In this document: piece after piece, positions 1 through 10,900 of the stretch
How the letters are laid out: every line of letters starts with the position of its first letter
How positions within the stretch are numbered: the first letter of the stretch is position 1
Assembly: GCA_043228905.1 (NCBI GenBank)
Contig: JBHGNT010000009.1
Coordinates: 6,634,001 to 6,698,000, forward strand
Direction of reading: 5' to 3'
DNA from: Azolla caroliniana
Taxonomy: Eukaryota; Plantae; Polypodiophyta
Length of the DNA: 64,000 nt
The notes under the pieces: generated by a model
What the model was told of the DNA's origin: nothing
The model's database searches: none
The model's input: the letters and a program-made list of their open reading frames with translations, nothing else
Program-made: the position numbers and the translations under genes

Positions 1-1
1 T

Positions 2-3000
2 TTGACCCAAAAATCTACTTAAAGCTTTAGCATTTGTTGGTGGTGTTGCCTCAATAATTGCTTTAACTTTGTCTGGGTCCACTGCAATCCCTTCTTGACT
101 GACAATATGCCCAAGTAATGTACCACTCATTACTCCGAATGCGCATTTGGCTGGATTTAAACTAAGACGCCCTTTTCGACATTTTTCTAAACATAGCCGT
201 AAATGCTCAAAATGATCAGCTTTCCGACTATATACCGCAAAATCATCTAAAAACACCTGCATGAAAGCTGGAATATATTCCCCGAATATTTCCTGTATTA
301 CCCGCTGAAATGTAGCTGGAGCTGTTTTTAAACCGAACATCATGACTACTGCCACAAAGACACCCCATTCTGTGACGAAAGCTGTCTTTTCCTGATCTTC
401 GGGATTCATCCGTACTTGGTTGTACCCACTGAACCCATCCAAGAAACTATAAATTTCATGTCCCGCTACTGCATCTAATATCCCATCTGTGAATGGCAAC
501 GGAAACGCATCCGTAATTGTCGCTGCATTCAATTTTCTGTAATCCACACATACGCGAATTTTCCCATTCTTTTTCGGGACTACTACTATCGAACTCAGCC
601 ATGTTGATTTTTTGACGGGTCGAATAAATCCTACTTTTAAGAGTTTATCGATTTCTTCTTTTACTTTGATAGCATAATTCGGATTCAACCTGTACCTGCG
701 TTGTTGTACTGGCTTTGCATCTTTATGCAAATTGATTTGATGTTGACAAAAAGCGGGATCCAAACCTTTCATATCGTCAAACGACCATGCAAAAACATCT
801 TTATATTGTAATAATAATGTTGTTAATGTCCGTTTGTCATTTACTGTCAAATCTCTAGCAATCAAGACTGTTTTTCTTTCAGCATCCTCTACTCCTGCCA
901 AATCGATCTCCTCTAATGCTGAGGCTTGCACTCTCTGAGATACCTTCATTTCCTTATCTGTAGCTTCTTGTTGCATTCGTATTTCTTTCATTGTTTGCTC
1001 ATCGATTGGCACTTCTTCGTGTGAGTCTACATATGGTGTTAATGCTTGCAAAATATCTACCTCAAATAGAGGGATGATTTTTTGATTATCATCAAAATAC
1101 TGACTTTCTTCTTCCTCGTCCAATCCTTCCATCATATTAACTGCTTCTGCATGTACAGGTAAACTCTGTTTGCTTGTTGTCACTTTGTTGTGCGTCGGAA
1201 TCCTGACCTTATTTTTTCCTTTCCTAAATGTTAGCACATTTTGTTTCCAATTTTGTTTAATATTAGCTGTCTTTAACCATGGTCTCCCTAATAACAAGGG
1301 GTATGCTCCCTGTGTTTCTAACTGCAAAATTACTGCCGAAATCTGAAAACTGTGCCCCCCGATTATTACATCCAGTTCTCGAAGCAAACCAATCGGTCGT
1401 ACCGTACTTGTATCTGCCATTCGTAACCAAAACGGACATGCTTCCCATTCCGTGATTCCCAGTTTTTCACATGTAGTTTTGTTAATCACATTAACACCCG
1501 AGCCTCCATCTATAATCACATTTCCGATTTCTTGCCCGTAAAGTATTACCTTAATCGACGGATTCTGTTCATCCATGATCGAAGGGTTATTACTTGGCTG
1601 ATTGTAGTGTACTGCTATTTGTTCGGAACCTTTATATGCAATTAATGCTGCCACTTTTTCTGTAAACCTTGGTACTAACTTAAGTAAGCCCGTAAGTGGC
1701 AATGACACTTGGCAATCAGCCAACAGTTTCCAAGTTTCTTCCTGTTCCTTATTCCCCAATGACTGTTGTACAGTGATGTCCTGGTCAATGTTATTGTCTT
1801 GTAACATTCGATTCACATTACTTTGATTTGCTTCATCCACCCATTCTTTTGCCGCCTTCCGAACTTCTTCCTGAATTTCCCACTCTGATTGTTTGCTTTT
1901 GCTGCGTGTCGTTACTTGCTGAACTTCCGGTATTACCATATTAACTGCTGGACCCTTTCCTTTAACCGGACATTGATTAGCATAATGGCCTAGTTGTCGA
2001 CAAATGTAACAAGTGGGCACAAATGTTGCACTAGTCTCTCCATGTGCAAATTGCCCGTTATTAAATTGCTGCTCTTCATTACCATTCGGGTTTTGTTGGT
2101 ATTGACGTGTAGCTTTTGGTTTGTAAAATCTCTTGTTTTTATACCGATTCTGCCTAAATTGTTCAGTATTATCATTTGGTTGTGCTCTATTGTGTGGTGT
2201 CCCGAACTCCTGATTTGGCTGAAAATTATTTTGTTGAAACATTTGATTATTTTGTGGAACAGTTTGAGTATTATGTTGAAAAGTCATATTACCCGGTTGA
2301 AATGCCGGATTTGGTTGAAATGTAGAATTCGGTTGCACATTCGGACAGTTCTGTTGAAACCCTTGAAATGGTGGGTTACCTTGTTGGAAACTTTGATTAT
2401 TTTGTTGAAAATATTGATTCGGATTCTGTACGAATGGTGGGTTGGATTGAGCAAAACCTGGTTGATATGCTTGAGTCACTTGAGTGGGTTGCATATTTTG
2501 TTGTGAAAAGATCTGATTTGGCTGTATAACCGGATTCTGTTGTACATTTTGCTGATTTTGTGAAAAATTATTATTTTGATAACCATTGAACAGATTAGTG
2601 TTATTTTGGTAACCATTGTCAGCAAAAATTTGTCGCACTGACGCCGTAGTCTTATTAAGCAGATTATATTCACATTGTTCTACGGAATGTAATTTTGAAT
2701 GACATATTGTACAATGTGTTCTTAACGTACAGTCAATTGCTGAATGCCCCGTATTTAAACAAGTGGTGCATTGAACTGCTTGTCGAAATTGTAACTCCTC
2801 CATTGTTGGTAATGTACGGTGTAATGCCGACATGTCCATACTCTGAACATTGACCGGTGGTCGACCCATTTCTATTGCTTTATCAATGACTTGTTCGATA
2901 GTCTGATTTCGAAAATCGAACACTTTCAATGTCGTCCTTAATGGTTCTTTTACAGCTTCTAGAAAGACTTCTTTTAATTCCTTATCCGGAATCGGCCTCG

Positions 3001-3559
3001 AAATCTGAAGCTGTAAGTTCTGAAATCGTATCACAAACTGAGATACTGTTTCATTTTTTTCTTGATATAACGCATAAAATTGCGCAATCAAATCCTTCTG
3101 CGGAATTTGTTGATGAAATAATTGTAAAAATTTACTAGTTAATACTTCAAAGGATGGAAATCCTTGAAGACCGTTCTGCGCAAACCAATTAGCGGAATAT
3201 CCGTCTAATGATAAGACGAACTCAGCGATTTTTGACTTATCTTCGGCATCTGCCGACAATCGCTGAGCTCCATGGTTAATCTCCCATGTCGTTAAGAAAT
3301 CCCTAACATGTGCTTCCGCATCTGTTCCTTCCCGGAACTTAGAATAAGTATAAGGCATATCGTCCCAAATGTCGTAAAACGATACCTCTTCCGTCTGTTT
3401 TTCGTCTGAAGGTAATTGATCGGATAAGTCAGGAAGTTTCGACCACTTTGTGCTTGATTCCGGCTGTTCTTGCGCAATGAACGCTTGCTGCACTACCTTC
3501 GTAACTGACCTTGTACGAGGCCGCTTACAACTGACCGGTGCCTCCTCTTCATACGACAT
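2..3559 (-). CDS. Gag-Pol polyprotein (gag, three CCHC zinc knuckles, aspartic protease, reverse transcriptase), partial
   Basis: Manual translation from ATG 3559: MSYEEEAPVSCKRPRTRS..., CTTCLNTGHSAIDC, CTICHSKLHSVEQC, CYICRQLGHYANQC, protease VIIDGGSGVNVI, RT motifs RVCVDYRKLNAAT, SFLDGFSGYNQV, MMFGLKTAPATFQR, QVFLDDF. The frame at ATG 3559 equals the RT frame at the window edge. It is probably missing from the ORF track because no stop lies inside the window. Confidence 0.88.
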   Translation of the reverse strand, partial: MSYEEEAPVSCKRPRTRSVTKVVQQAFIAQEQPESSTKWSKLPDLSDQLPSDEKQTEEVSFYDIWDDMPYTYSKFREGTDAEAHVRDFLTTWEINHGAQRLSADAEDKSKIAEFVLSLDGYSANWFAQNGLQGFPSFEVLTSKFLQLFHQQIPQKDLIAQFYALYQEKNETVSQFVIRFQNLQLQISRPIPDKELKEVFLEAVKEPLRTTLKVFDFRNQTIEQVIDKAIEMGRPPVNVQSMDMSALHRTLPTMEELQFRQAVQCTTCLNTGHSAIDCTLRTHCTICHSKLHSVEQCEYNLLNKTTASVRQIFADNGYQNNTNLFNGYQNNNFSQNQQNVQQNPVIQPNQIFSQQNMQPTQVTQAYQPGFAQSNPPFVQNPNQYFQQNNQSFQQGNPPFQGFQQNCPNVQPNSTFQPNPAFQPGNMTFQHNTQTVPQNNQMFQQNNFQPNQEFGTPHNRAQPNDNTEQFRQNRYKNKRFYKPKATRQYQQNPNGNEEQQFNNGQFAHGETSATFVPTCYICRQLGHYANQCPVKGKGPAVNMVIPEVQQVTTRSKSKQSEWEIQEEVRKAAKEWVDEANQSNVNRMLQDNNIDQDITVQQSLGNKEQEETWKLLADCQVSLPLTGLLKLVPRFTEKVAALIAYKGSEQIAVHYNQPSNNPSIMDEQNPSIKVILYGQEIGNVIIDGGSGVNVINKTTCEKLGITEWEACPFWLRMADTSTVRPIGLLRELDVIIGGHSFQISAVILQLETQGAYPLLLGRPWLKTANIKQNWKQNVLTFRKGKNKVRIPTHNKVTTSKQSLPVHAEAVNMMEGLDEEEESQYFDDNQKIIPLFEVDILQALTPYVDSHEEVPIDEQTMKEIRMQQEATDKEMKVSQRVQASALEEIDLAGVEDAERKTVLIARDLTVNDKRTLTTLLLQYKDVFAWSFDDMKGLDPAFCQHQINLHKDAKPVQQRRYRLNPNYAIKVKEEIDKLLKVGFIRPVKKSTWLSSIVVVPKKNGKIRVCVDYRKLNAATITDAFPLPFTDGILDAVAGHEIYSFLDGFSGYNQVRMNPEDQEKTAFVTEWGVFVAVVMMFGLKTAPATFQRVIQEIFGEYIPAFMQVFLDDFAVYSRKADHFEHLRLCLEKCRKGRLSLNPAKCAFGVMSGTLLGHIVSQEGIAVDPDKVKAIIEATPPTNAKALSRFLGQ

Positions 3560-3594
3560 CCATTCGAATTGTTCTCTGCTGAATCGCAGATGTA

Positions 3595-3607
3595 ACCGGG
3601 CGTGCCA
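3595..3607 (-). promoter_or_regulatory. Primer-binding site (tRNA-Arg-type) of the Gypsy element
   Basis: TGGCACGCCCGGT just downstream of the putative LTR resembles the TGGCACGCCC PBS of plant Tat/Ogre elements. Confidence 0.65.
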
Positions 3608-4152
3608 AAATTCTTCTGTGTTAATCGGCTAAGTACTAACTACTACCGATACAGAAGAGTGAACGTCGCTACTCAACGTTCTAACAAGGAATTGTGTTTT
3701 ACGAACGGAATTATACTGTATTAATCGGTAATTACCGTGATCGTTACTTAGTTATAAATTAGGAAGCTTGCACTTAAGATCATAGACAATAAAAGAAACA
3801 CAGAATTCGTACAAGATATCCCTAACTTAAACTTATATTACTAAATAGAACGACCTTTCTTACAATGCCTTCGGTTCCCTTTTATAGGTATACCGAAGGT
3901 CTTTTCTCATCAAGAACTATTCCTACTTACTATCAAGATTTACAAAATTATCTAACTAACTTAGTTCTCTTCGTTTACTGCTGAGTCATTGATCCGAACA
4001 GTCGATCCGAACCGACTCTGTTTTCGACGCTTTCCCACTTGTTCGGTAAAACTGACTGTCCGGGTCCGGGTAACAAAAAGGCATTTGAGCAAGACGTATG
4101 GCAATATATACCTAAAACAAAGACCGATATAAATGGATGTCTAGAGTCTACA

Positions 4153-4919
4153 TGCTACAATAGTGTTTGCAAAGCAATCTAGACAAACTTGGAGTTTCCT
4201 CCCACCAACTAGAGATCGAGACAAAAAGCGCAATTCATACACCTAAAGTCGAAAGATTTTGCAAATCATATAGATGAGGTTGAAAGCAAGGAACATTATG
4301 TGTAGGTGCCCAACTTTCAACCACATAAGAAAGAAATGTACTACCCTCAACATTAACTCCATGACCATTTGACAAATGATGGAGAAGGCTGACCTAAGAA
4401 AGTTTTGGCCAAATGTTGCTCAAGTTTTAAAAGCATAGGGAATCAACCCTTACATTAGCATGCAAAGTCCAAGCAAAATTGCAAATCACCAATTTCCTCC
4501 GTAACTTTTTACCTCCACTAAGAACATGTAGATGACTCACCATAGAGTGACTAGAGGAATGCCGAAACAATAGAGACTGCAAGAACCATGCTATAAGATG
4601 CGGTGGCCATACCATCACAAGTAATCAAGATGATTTCTTGCCATGTCCTATCCACATTTTTAGATTCTTCATAAAGTATTTTCACCACACATTAGACCTT
4701 CGATATGGAGTCCAATCACTAATCACGAGTCACCAGGAATCTCATACATGTATATTAACTATGCACTTCAAGCTTCTAAATAAACCATAAAAAAATTCAT
4801 GCCACCACATGCATTTAGATAATGATATTGGAGCTTTAGGAAATCTAGATATTTTGTTTTTGGTTTGGCATGACGAACATGAATTCACCAGTAAATGTTA
4901 ATATATCTTTCTTTCTCTC
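4153..4919 (+). mobile_element. Degenerate RTE-like LINE 3' fragment
   Basis: Ends in GTTAATATATCTTTCTTTCTCTC, the same tail as the LINE copy ending at 51512. The upstream sequence loosely resembles that copy's 3' coding end. Confidence 0.5.
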
Positions 4920-5104
4920 TTTACACATTCAAAAAATTGGTGGTTTAACCTTGAGCAACATGCACAAATCCATAGTTACAAAAAATTCCTTCACTATGAT
5001 ATGCATATGGCCAAATATTTATTTGCATGTGGTTGGGTGCACTTACGATGAGTGACAATGACAACATATACACTTTTAACAGCATGTATGGATGGATGGT
5101 TGTT

Positions 5105-5868
5105 AAGAAAAGAAAGATAGATATATTAACGTCTTCTAAGACTAAATTTGGCCCATGATCCAATTGATTACGATAATGGTACAAAATCATCGAAAATAAA
5201 TAAATAAATAAAAGAATTTGAATATGGTATAAACGATGTTATGTGACATAGCATGTTCTGTAAAGAAAATGGTTAGGTGTTGAGACTAGTTTCATTTCCA
5301 TCCAAGTCTCTCGAAAAGGATTGGGGGATGGAAGGGTTTTGATGTGAGTGTGACCCCCCTTGGTCTCGATGTAAATGGTATCTCGTCTAGAACTTCTAGA
5401 TTGGGTAACTCACGCCAACAAGTGATTTTGAAGCCCGATATCCGAGGTTGAGTAATGCAGGTGTGTCCATGTTCATCATTCCCCCTGGCCTTGAAAAACT
5501 TCAATGGTGACGTTGTTGAGGTTATCCTCACGGATGCGTAGAAGTCGGGTAGGACCACGGGGGTCTCGAACCAAGGAATCAGGAAAGCGAGGAGGGAGGA
5601 GTTTGGGGATCATGTAGGTCTTGAGACCACGGGAGAGCAGGTAAGTCTAGCGAACGAGAGAGAGCAAGAGAGTCACGCATAGACACGGACACGAACAAAG
5701 ACATTGAGAGCAAAGTATCTAGGTATTTTGGTTGTATAATAAAATCTAACTCAGAGAAATGCATGAAGTGTTCCTTATAGTACACAATTTTAGATGGGAG
5801 TGACTTTAGTGGGTTGATCCATTTGTGTTAAGTATAAATTTGCCCTATTACTTGTGTATCACTTTATT
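5105..5868 (-). mobile_element. RTE-like LINE, 3' part (split by an L1 insertion)
   Basis: Similar to 52080-53060: C-terminus PILFERLGWK vs [22 protein letters not shown] vs [12 protein letters not shown], and the same GACGTTAATATATCT tail. Confidence 0.85.
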
Positions 5869-6439
5869 TTTATTTTTATTTTTAAAACTATCCTCCATTA
5901 GTATTAAAATTACAGTGGCCAAAGGCAAGATACAAGATAATCCAACATTACAATGAATATTGTGTAGCCATGTTAACTGCCCGTAGCCAATCTTTCTAGA
6001 TAAAGATAAAAATAAATAAATCTAGCCAACCTTATTCATATTCGGCATCCAAGAATAATGTTTCATCCAAACAACCCCTTTCTTTCAATCTCAGCATGCA
6101 TCTCACGTCCCTTCAGAATGTCCTTACATTTTTAGTGTCTTTGCACTTGCTTCCGCTTCTGCACTAGAATTCAAATGAATCTTCCAAATTTCTCGCATCT
6201 TACCAAACTTGGTTCGTAAACATGAACTCCACAATCGATGAACTTCTCCCTAAGTAATATTGGTGCCCTACCAACGTCCATATCAATGTTGATGCCATGC
6301 CAAAGCCCATAGCACCAATTCCATCGTATTCAACATGTAGTGATATATCTTCTTTCACAATGATTCCTTGATCACTGCTGCATGTAAGAGTTCATCATAT
6401 CTAGATGAACCTACCATATGAAAATATTGGTTCTCTACT

Positions 6440-7860
6440 ACAATCCAATCTCCTCAAACCCTCATGAAAATTTGCTTCTGCCTCCGCCACCATCTTTGCT
6501 CATCATTGTATAAACTAAAAAATAAATAAATGTGCTTCAAAATATTTCCACATCTGCCATCTCGTCATTTTCCATGAAATTCCTATATAGACAACAAAGA
6601 AAACGAATAAGTTGTCCTCATCCACTCGTGACATTTTGCTTCAACCCTCGACAACATCGTCACTCATCCTTTCAAAAATAAATCAGCTTCCTTTTCCACA
6701 ACATCCATCTTGCCAGTCATCGCATGAGTCCTATATCTCTCTATTTTTAGCAATTTCCTGTACATACACAAAACAGAATTAATCCACTCTCCTCAAACCC
6801 TAATAAAACCTTGCTTCTACCTCCGCCACCATCTTCACTCATCGTTCTGAAAACTGAAAGTAAATAAGACTGCTTCAAAAAACTTCCACATCAATTATCT
6901 CACCATTTTGCATCAAATTCATGTATAGACAACAAGCAAAACGAATCAGTTGTCCTCGTCCACTCGTGAAATTCTGCTTCAACTCTCTACAACATCCTCA
7001 CTCATCCTTTCAAAATTAAATCTGCTTCATTTTCTACGACAAACATCTTGTCATTCATCGCCTGAGTCCTGTACCTACAAAAACCAGAATGAATCCACTC
7101 TCTTGAAACCCTCATGAAACCTTGCTTCTACCTCTGCCACCATCTTCACTCATCCTTTCAAAATTAAATCACCTTCATTTTCCACTACAAACATCTTGTC
7201 ATTCATCGCTCGAGTCCTATACCTACAAAAACCAGAATGAATCCACAGTTCTCCTCAAACCCTCATGAGACCTTACTTCTGCCTCCGCCACCATCTTCAC
7301 TCATCCTTTCAAAATTAAATCAACTTCATTTTCCACTACAACCATCTTGCCATTCATCGCTTGAGTCTTGTACCTACAAAAAAACCAGAATGAATCCACT
7401 CTCCTCAAACCCTTATGAAACCTTGCTTCTCCCTCTGCCACCATCTTCACTCATCATTCTAAAAACTAAAAAAGAAGAAGTCTGCTTCAAAATAACTTCC
7501 ACATCAACCATCTCGCCATTTTCCATCTAAATCCTCTCCATTTTCAGCACTTTCCTGTATATACACACTCCTCAGACCATCATGAAAATTTGTATTTGCC
7601 TCTATCCCCATCTTCATTCATCGTTCTAAAAGTTAAAATAACTAAATCTGCTTCAAAATATTTCCACAGCAACCCTCTTGCCATTTTCACCAAATTCGTG
7701 TAGAGACAACAAACAAAATGAATGAATTGTCCTCATTCCCTCATGAAATTCTGTTTCAACCCTCAACAACATCCTCACTCATCCTTGCAGCAATAAATCA
7801 TCTTCATTGTCCACATCAACTATCTTGCCATTCATCACTCATGTCCTGAATCCAACAATC
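6440..7860. repeat. Degenerate tandem repeat, ~150 bp core period with longer variants
   Basis: Recurring CTCCTCAAACCCTCATGAAACCTTGCTTCTACCTCCGCCACCATCTTCACTCATC at ~6450, 6790, 7100, 7250, 7400 and 7570; ACCAGAATGAATCCAC at ~7083, 7231 and 7384. Confidence 0.85.
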
Positions 7861-7922
7861 TACTTCCACGAACGGAGTTAAGTCACCTATGCCTCAACCA
7901 CCTCCATCTTGAGTCATGTTGT

Positions 7923-10900
7923 TTACACTATGAATGGTGTTGGTGGTGGAAACAACCAACGAGGTGGAACGTAATTCCACTTAACATCATCACCTACATC
8001 CAACATAATAGGAATAGATGCCCAGACTCTATGAATTCTTCTTCTTTTCCGGTTAACTTTATTTCCATAACCCTTATAACTAGCATACTCACCTTTTATT
8101 GTATGTATCAATAATTCTCAAAAGGTCTTAACCTGATCCACAACATGAATTTGTTCATCGTTGTATAGTTTGGAACACCTCGCTTTCCACAAAACCCATA
8201 AGGCCAAAGAGGAAACAATCTGCCAAACATAACACCGCGAGAAGAACTTGATTCCAAGTACGGAGGTTGAAATACAATACACCTGAAAACTTTTTACATG
8301 TAAAGTCAATGAAGAATTATGATAATGATAAAAAGCGTTTTCTTACCCAACGTTCCCCAAAATACTGCACCCCACGTGAAAATGGCTGACCTATACTTAT
8401 GACCTAATAACCTAAGAATTCGAAACCAAAAACTTTTCGCTGCAACACATTCCCAAAAAACATGATGCAATGTCTCAACTACAAACCCACACATAACACA
8501 TGATCTATCAGACATTGTTCCCCTCAATAAACCTCCTACTAGCAAGGCATAATGAATCATCAACCATCGAAAATGTAATACCTTAATCATACACTTAAGT
8601 GACCAAAATTGTTTCCAGAACTTCAACATATGTGAGGATGACACATTACCTTCCTCCCAATATTTTTTCCCCTCGGGTACCAATTCAATCTGCTTCAAAA
8701 GAAAATTCCTTCCAAATGCCACAGAATATGTGAAGAATGGGAGGACCTTCGTTTGCGAAGTGTCAGATCTGGACAGCTTCCAACCATAATCAGACGGATC
8801 CCAATGCAAATCAGCAATTGGCCTAGATTGTAAAACCCAAATATGAGATGAATATTTGGCAATTAAGGGATTAGGATCTATAAAGATATTTTTATTTAAT
8901 CGAGCAATTACTCACACTAGTAACTTATTTGCAAAAGACATAATTGGAGCCTCCTCCTCCACTAAAAACAGCCTACCATTATCCAGAACTTCATAAAAAT
9001 AAAGGCTACCATTTTGATGGTATAAAGGAGCTCCTATAAGAATATTAAGAGTCGAAAATATACCATACCAATTTTGAAAATGATCAAACTACATAGTTGG
9101 CATTGTTACCTGAAATATCGTGAACACTTGAGAGAACATAATATTTGCCCCTCTTAAATTAGACAACGTTGTCATGAAGATTTTCGACAATGGTGTGAAA
9201 ATCGCATAAAATATACAAAATCGAGTATGAATCATATAAAACAATAATAGTGAAAATACTATTTTAAATAAGTTTATTATCTTAGTACAAAAAGATGGAG
9301 GTCTCCAAGAGCTTTCGAATGCACTTTACTACATAAGAAACGGACATCTAAGTCTCAAGTTATGTATGTGGGTAAGAAGTTTGCAAAGGAAAAGAGAAAG
9401 ATAAAACGGTGAGATATCCCACATAGACAAGACAAATAAGAATCTCACCATATATAAGGCAGGGCAAAAGCTATTATCTTTGTGTTTATATGTGGAGCAT
9501 AGAGAGTTCAAGGTTACTTGAACTAAGCTAATTGGATGAGTGGGTGTGGTCTAGTTACTTGTAAAGGTTTTGGGCAACCAAAACCGGCGGAACCGGTGAC
9601 CGGCAAGCGATTCTGGATGCGGACTAAGCCGGACCAAACGGATGCAAATCGGACGGATCGGTCGGGTTAGTTGATCGTGGTGCATGGTGTCTTAAAGATA
9701 TTTGGTCCAAAAGCCTAATAGTATTTTGTGCATAAAAGAAAAAGATGGAAGTAAGACTCAAACTTTGCACCTCCAAGATAATAAGCAATAGACTTACCAT
9801 TAAGCCAAATCATTTCTTTAGGGATTATATTTTTATCATTATAGTTTTACTTGAAAATTCTCATATGAGAGCTTAAATGAGTGACATGGTTATAATGCAT
9901 CACATGTAACGCATGAGCGCCAAATGACAAACATGTATCATGCATTTTATGCATGTCTTGTACCCCACATGCATCATATGCATGGGGGCATCTATAAAAG
10001 AGCGGATGAAAAAGAAAAAAAAGAGGGGAGCAATGTATTAATCAAGAAATTAAAAGTAAGAAATTCGTTATCCAATTGATGTATCAATCTTGTTCTTCAA
10101 ATCTAAAGTCAAGAGTTCAATCTTACTCTCTCTCTCCATTTCAATCTTTCTCAATCTATTTCAAAATTGGAATCTTAATCTCAATCTCTCTCTCAATCTA
10201 TCTTAAATCATTTCCCGCTAAAGCTAGTGCGTACTTTGAGTCCTTCCGGTTCAGAACCCCAGTGGTTTCGCCTCATGATCCGCACATAGTGACGGATCTT
10301 CACGACAACGTATTCCTCTGGTCTTGCGTTGAAGTGTCCGAAAACTTTAGCCGCTCTGCAACCGTACAAGCAGGGCCATTATTCAATGCCACCCAAGATA
10401 ACCTAGGCCGTAAACCTAAAACACATGCAGCTTCATCAATAAATAAAGGATTCCATAACAATGGTTGACACGTGAATTGAGAATAAGTTTTTGGTGGCAA
10501 GAAAACAAGTGCTTGACGAATACTTTCCCATGCATGACTAATTCCATTAAAGAAACGTAAAGACCCAACAGTCGACTTAGGTAAAGGAAAATCCGAATTA
10601 AAGAACCATCTAAGACTATTCCTCCATTGACCACCTACCGATGGCTTAAACTCATGTAAATGAAGAATCCATAACTTTTTCTATAACTCCTCTCCAAGCA
10701 ATAAACTCCTAACAACATGTTTAGCCAGTAATGCCTTACTTTGCATCAAGGGATCAATCAAACCTAAACCTCCTTTCTGTTTAGACTGTATAAGGACCGA
10801 CCAAGCGACCTTTGCTACAAGAGTGTGTGAACTAGCATTCCCCCAAATAAAATTTCATACTAGACGTTGAACTTAAAGCATTACTAACCTAGAAAATAAC

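Larger units (their letters stand above)
1..4152 (-). mobile_element. Ty3/Gypsy LTR retrotransposon (non-chromoviral, Tat/Athila-like), 5' part; runs off the left edge
   Basis: Minus strand shows a putative 5' LTR ~3617-4152 (starts TGTAGAC), a PBS-like TGGCACGCCCGGT at 3595-3607, then gag-protease-RT order. The 3' boundary of the LTR is approximate. Confidence 0.9.

Noticed and set aside
1994-2506. 170-aa hydrophobic + strand ORF
   Set aside because: Antisense shadow of the Q/N-rich Gag region.
6440-7860. Repeat array considered as CRISPR-like
   Set aside because: Eukaryotic context, degenerate long units, no unique spacers and no cas genes.
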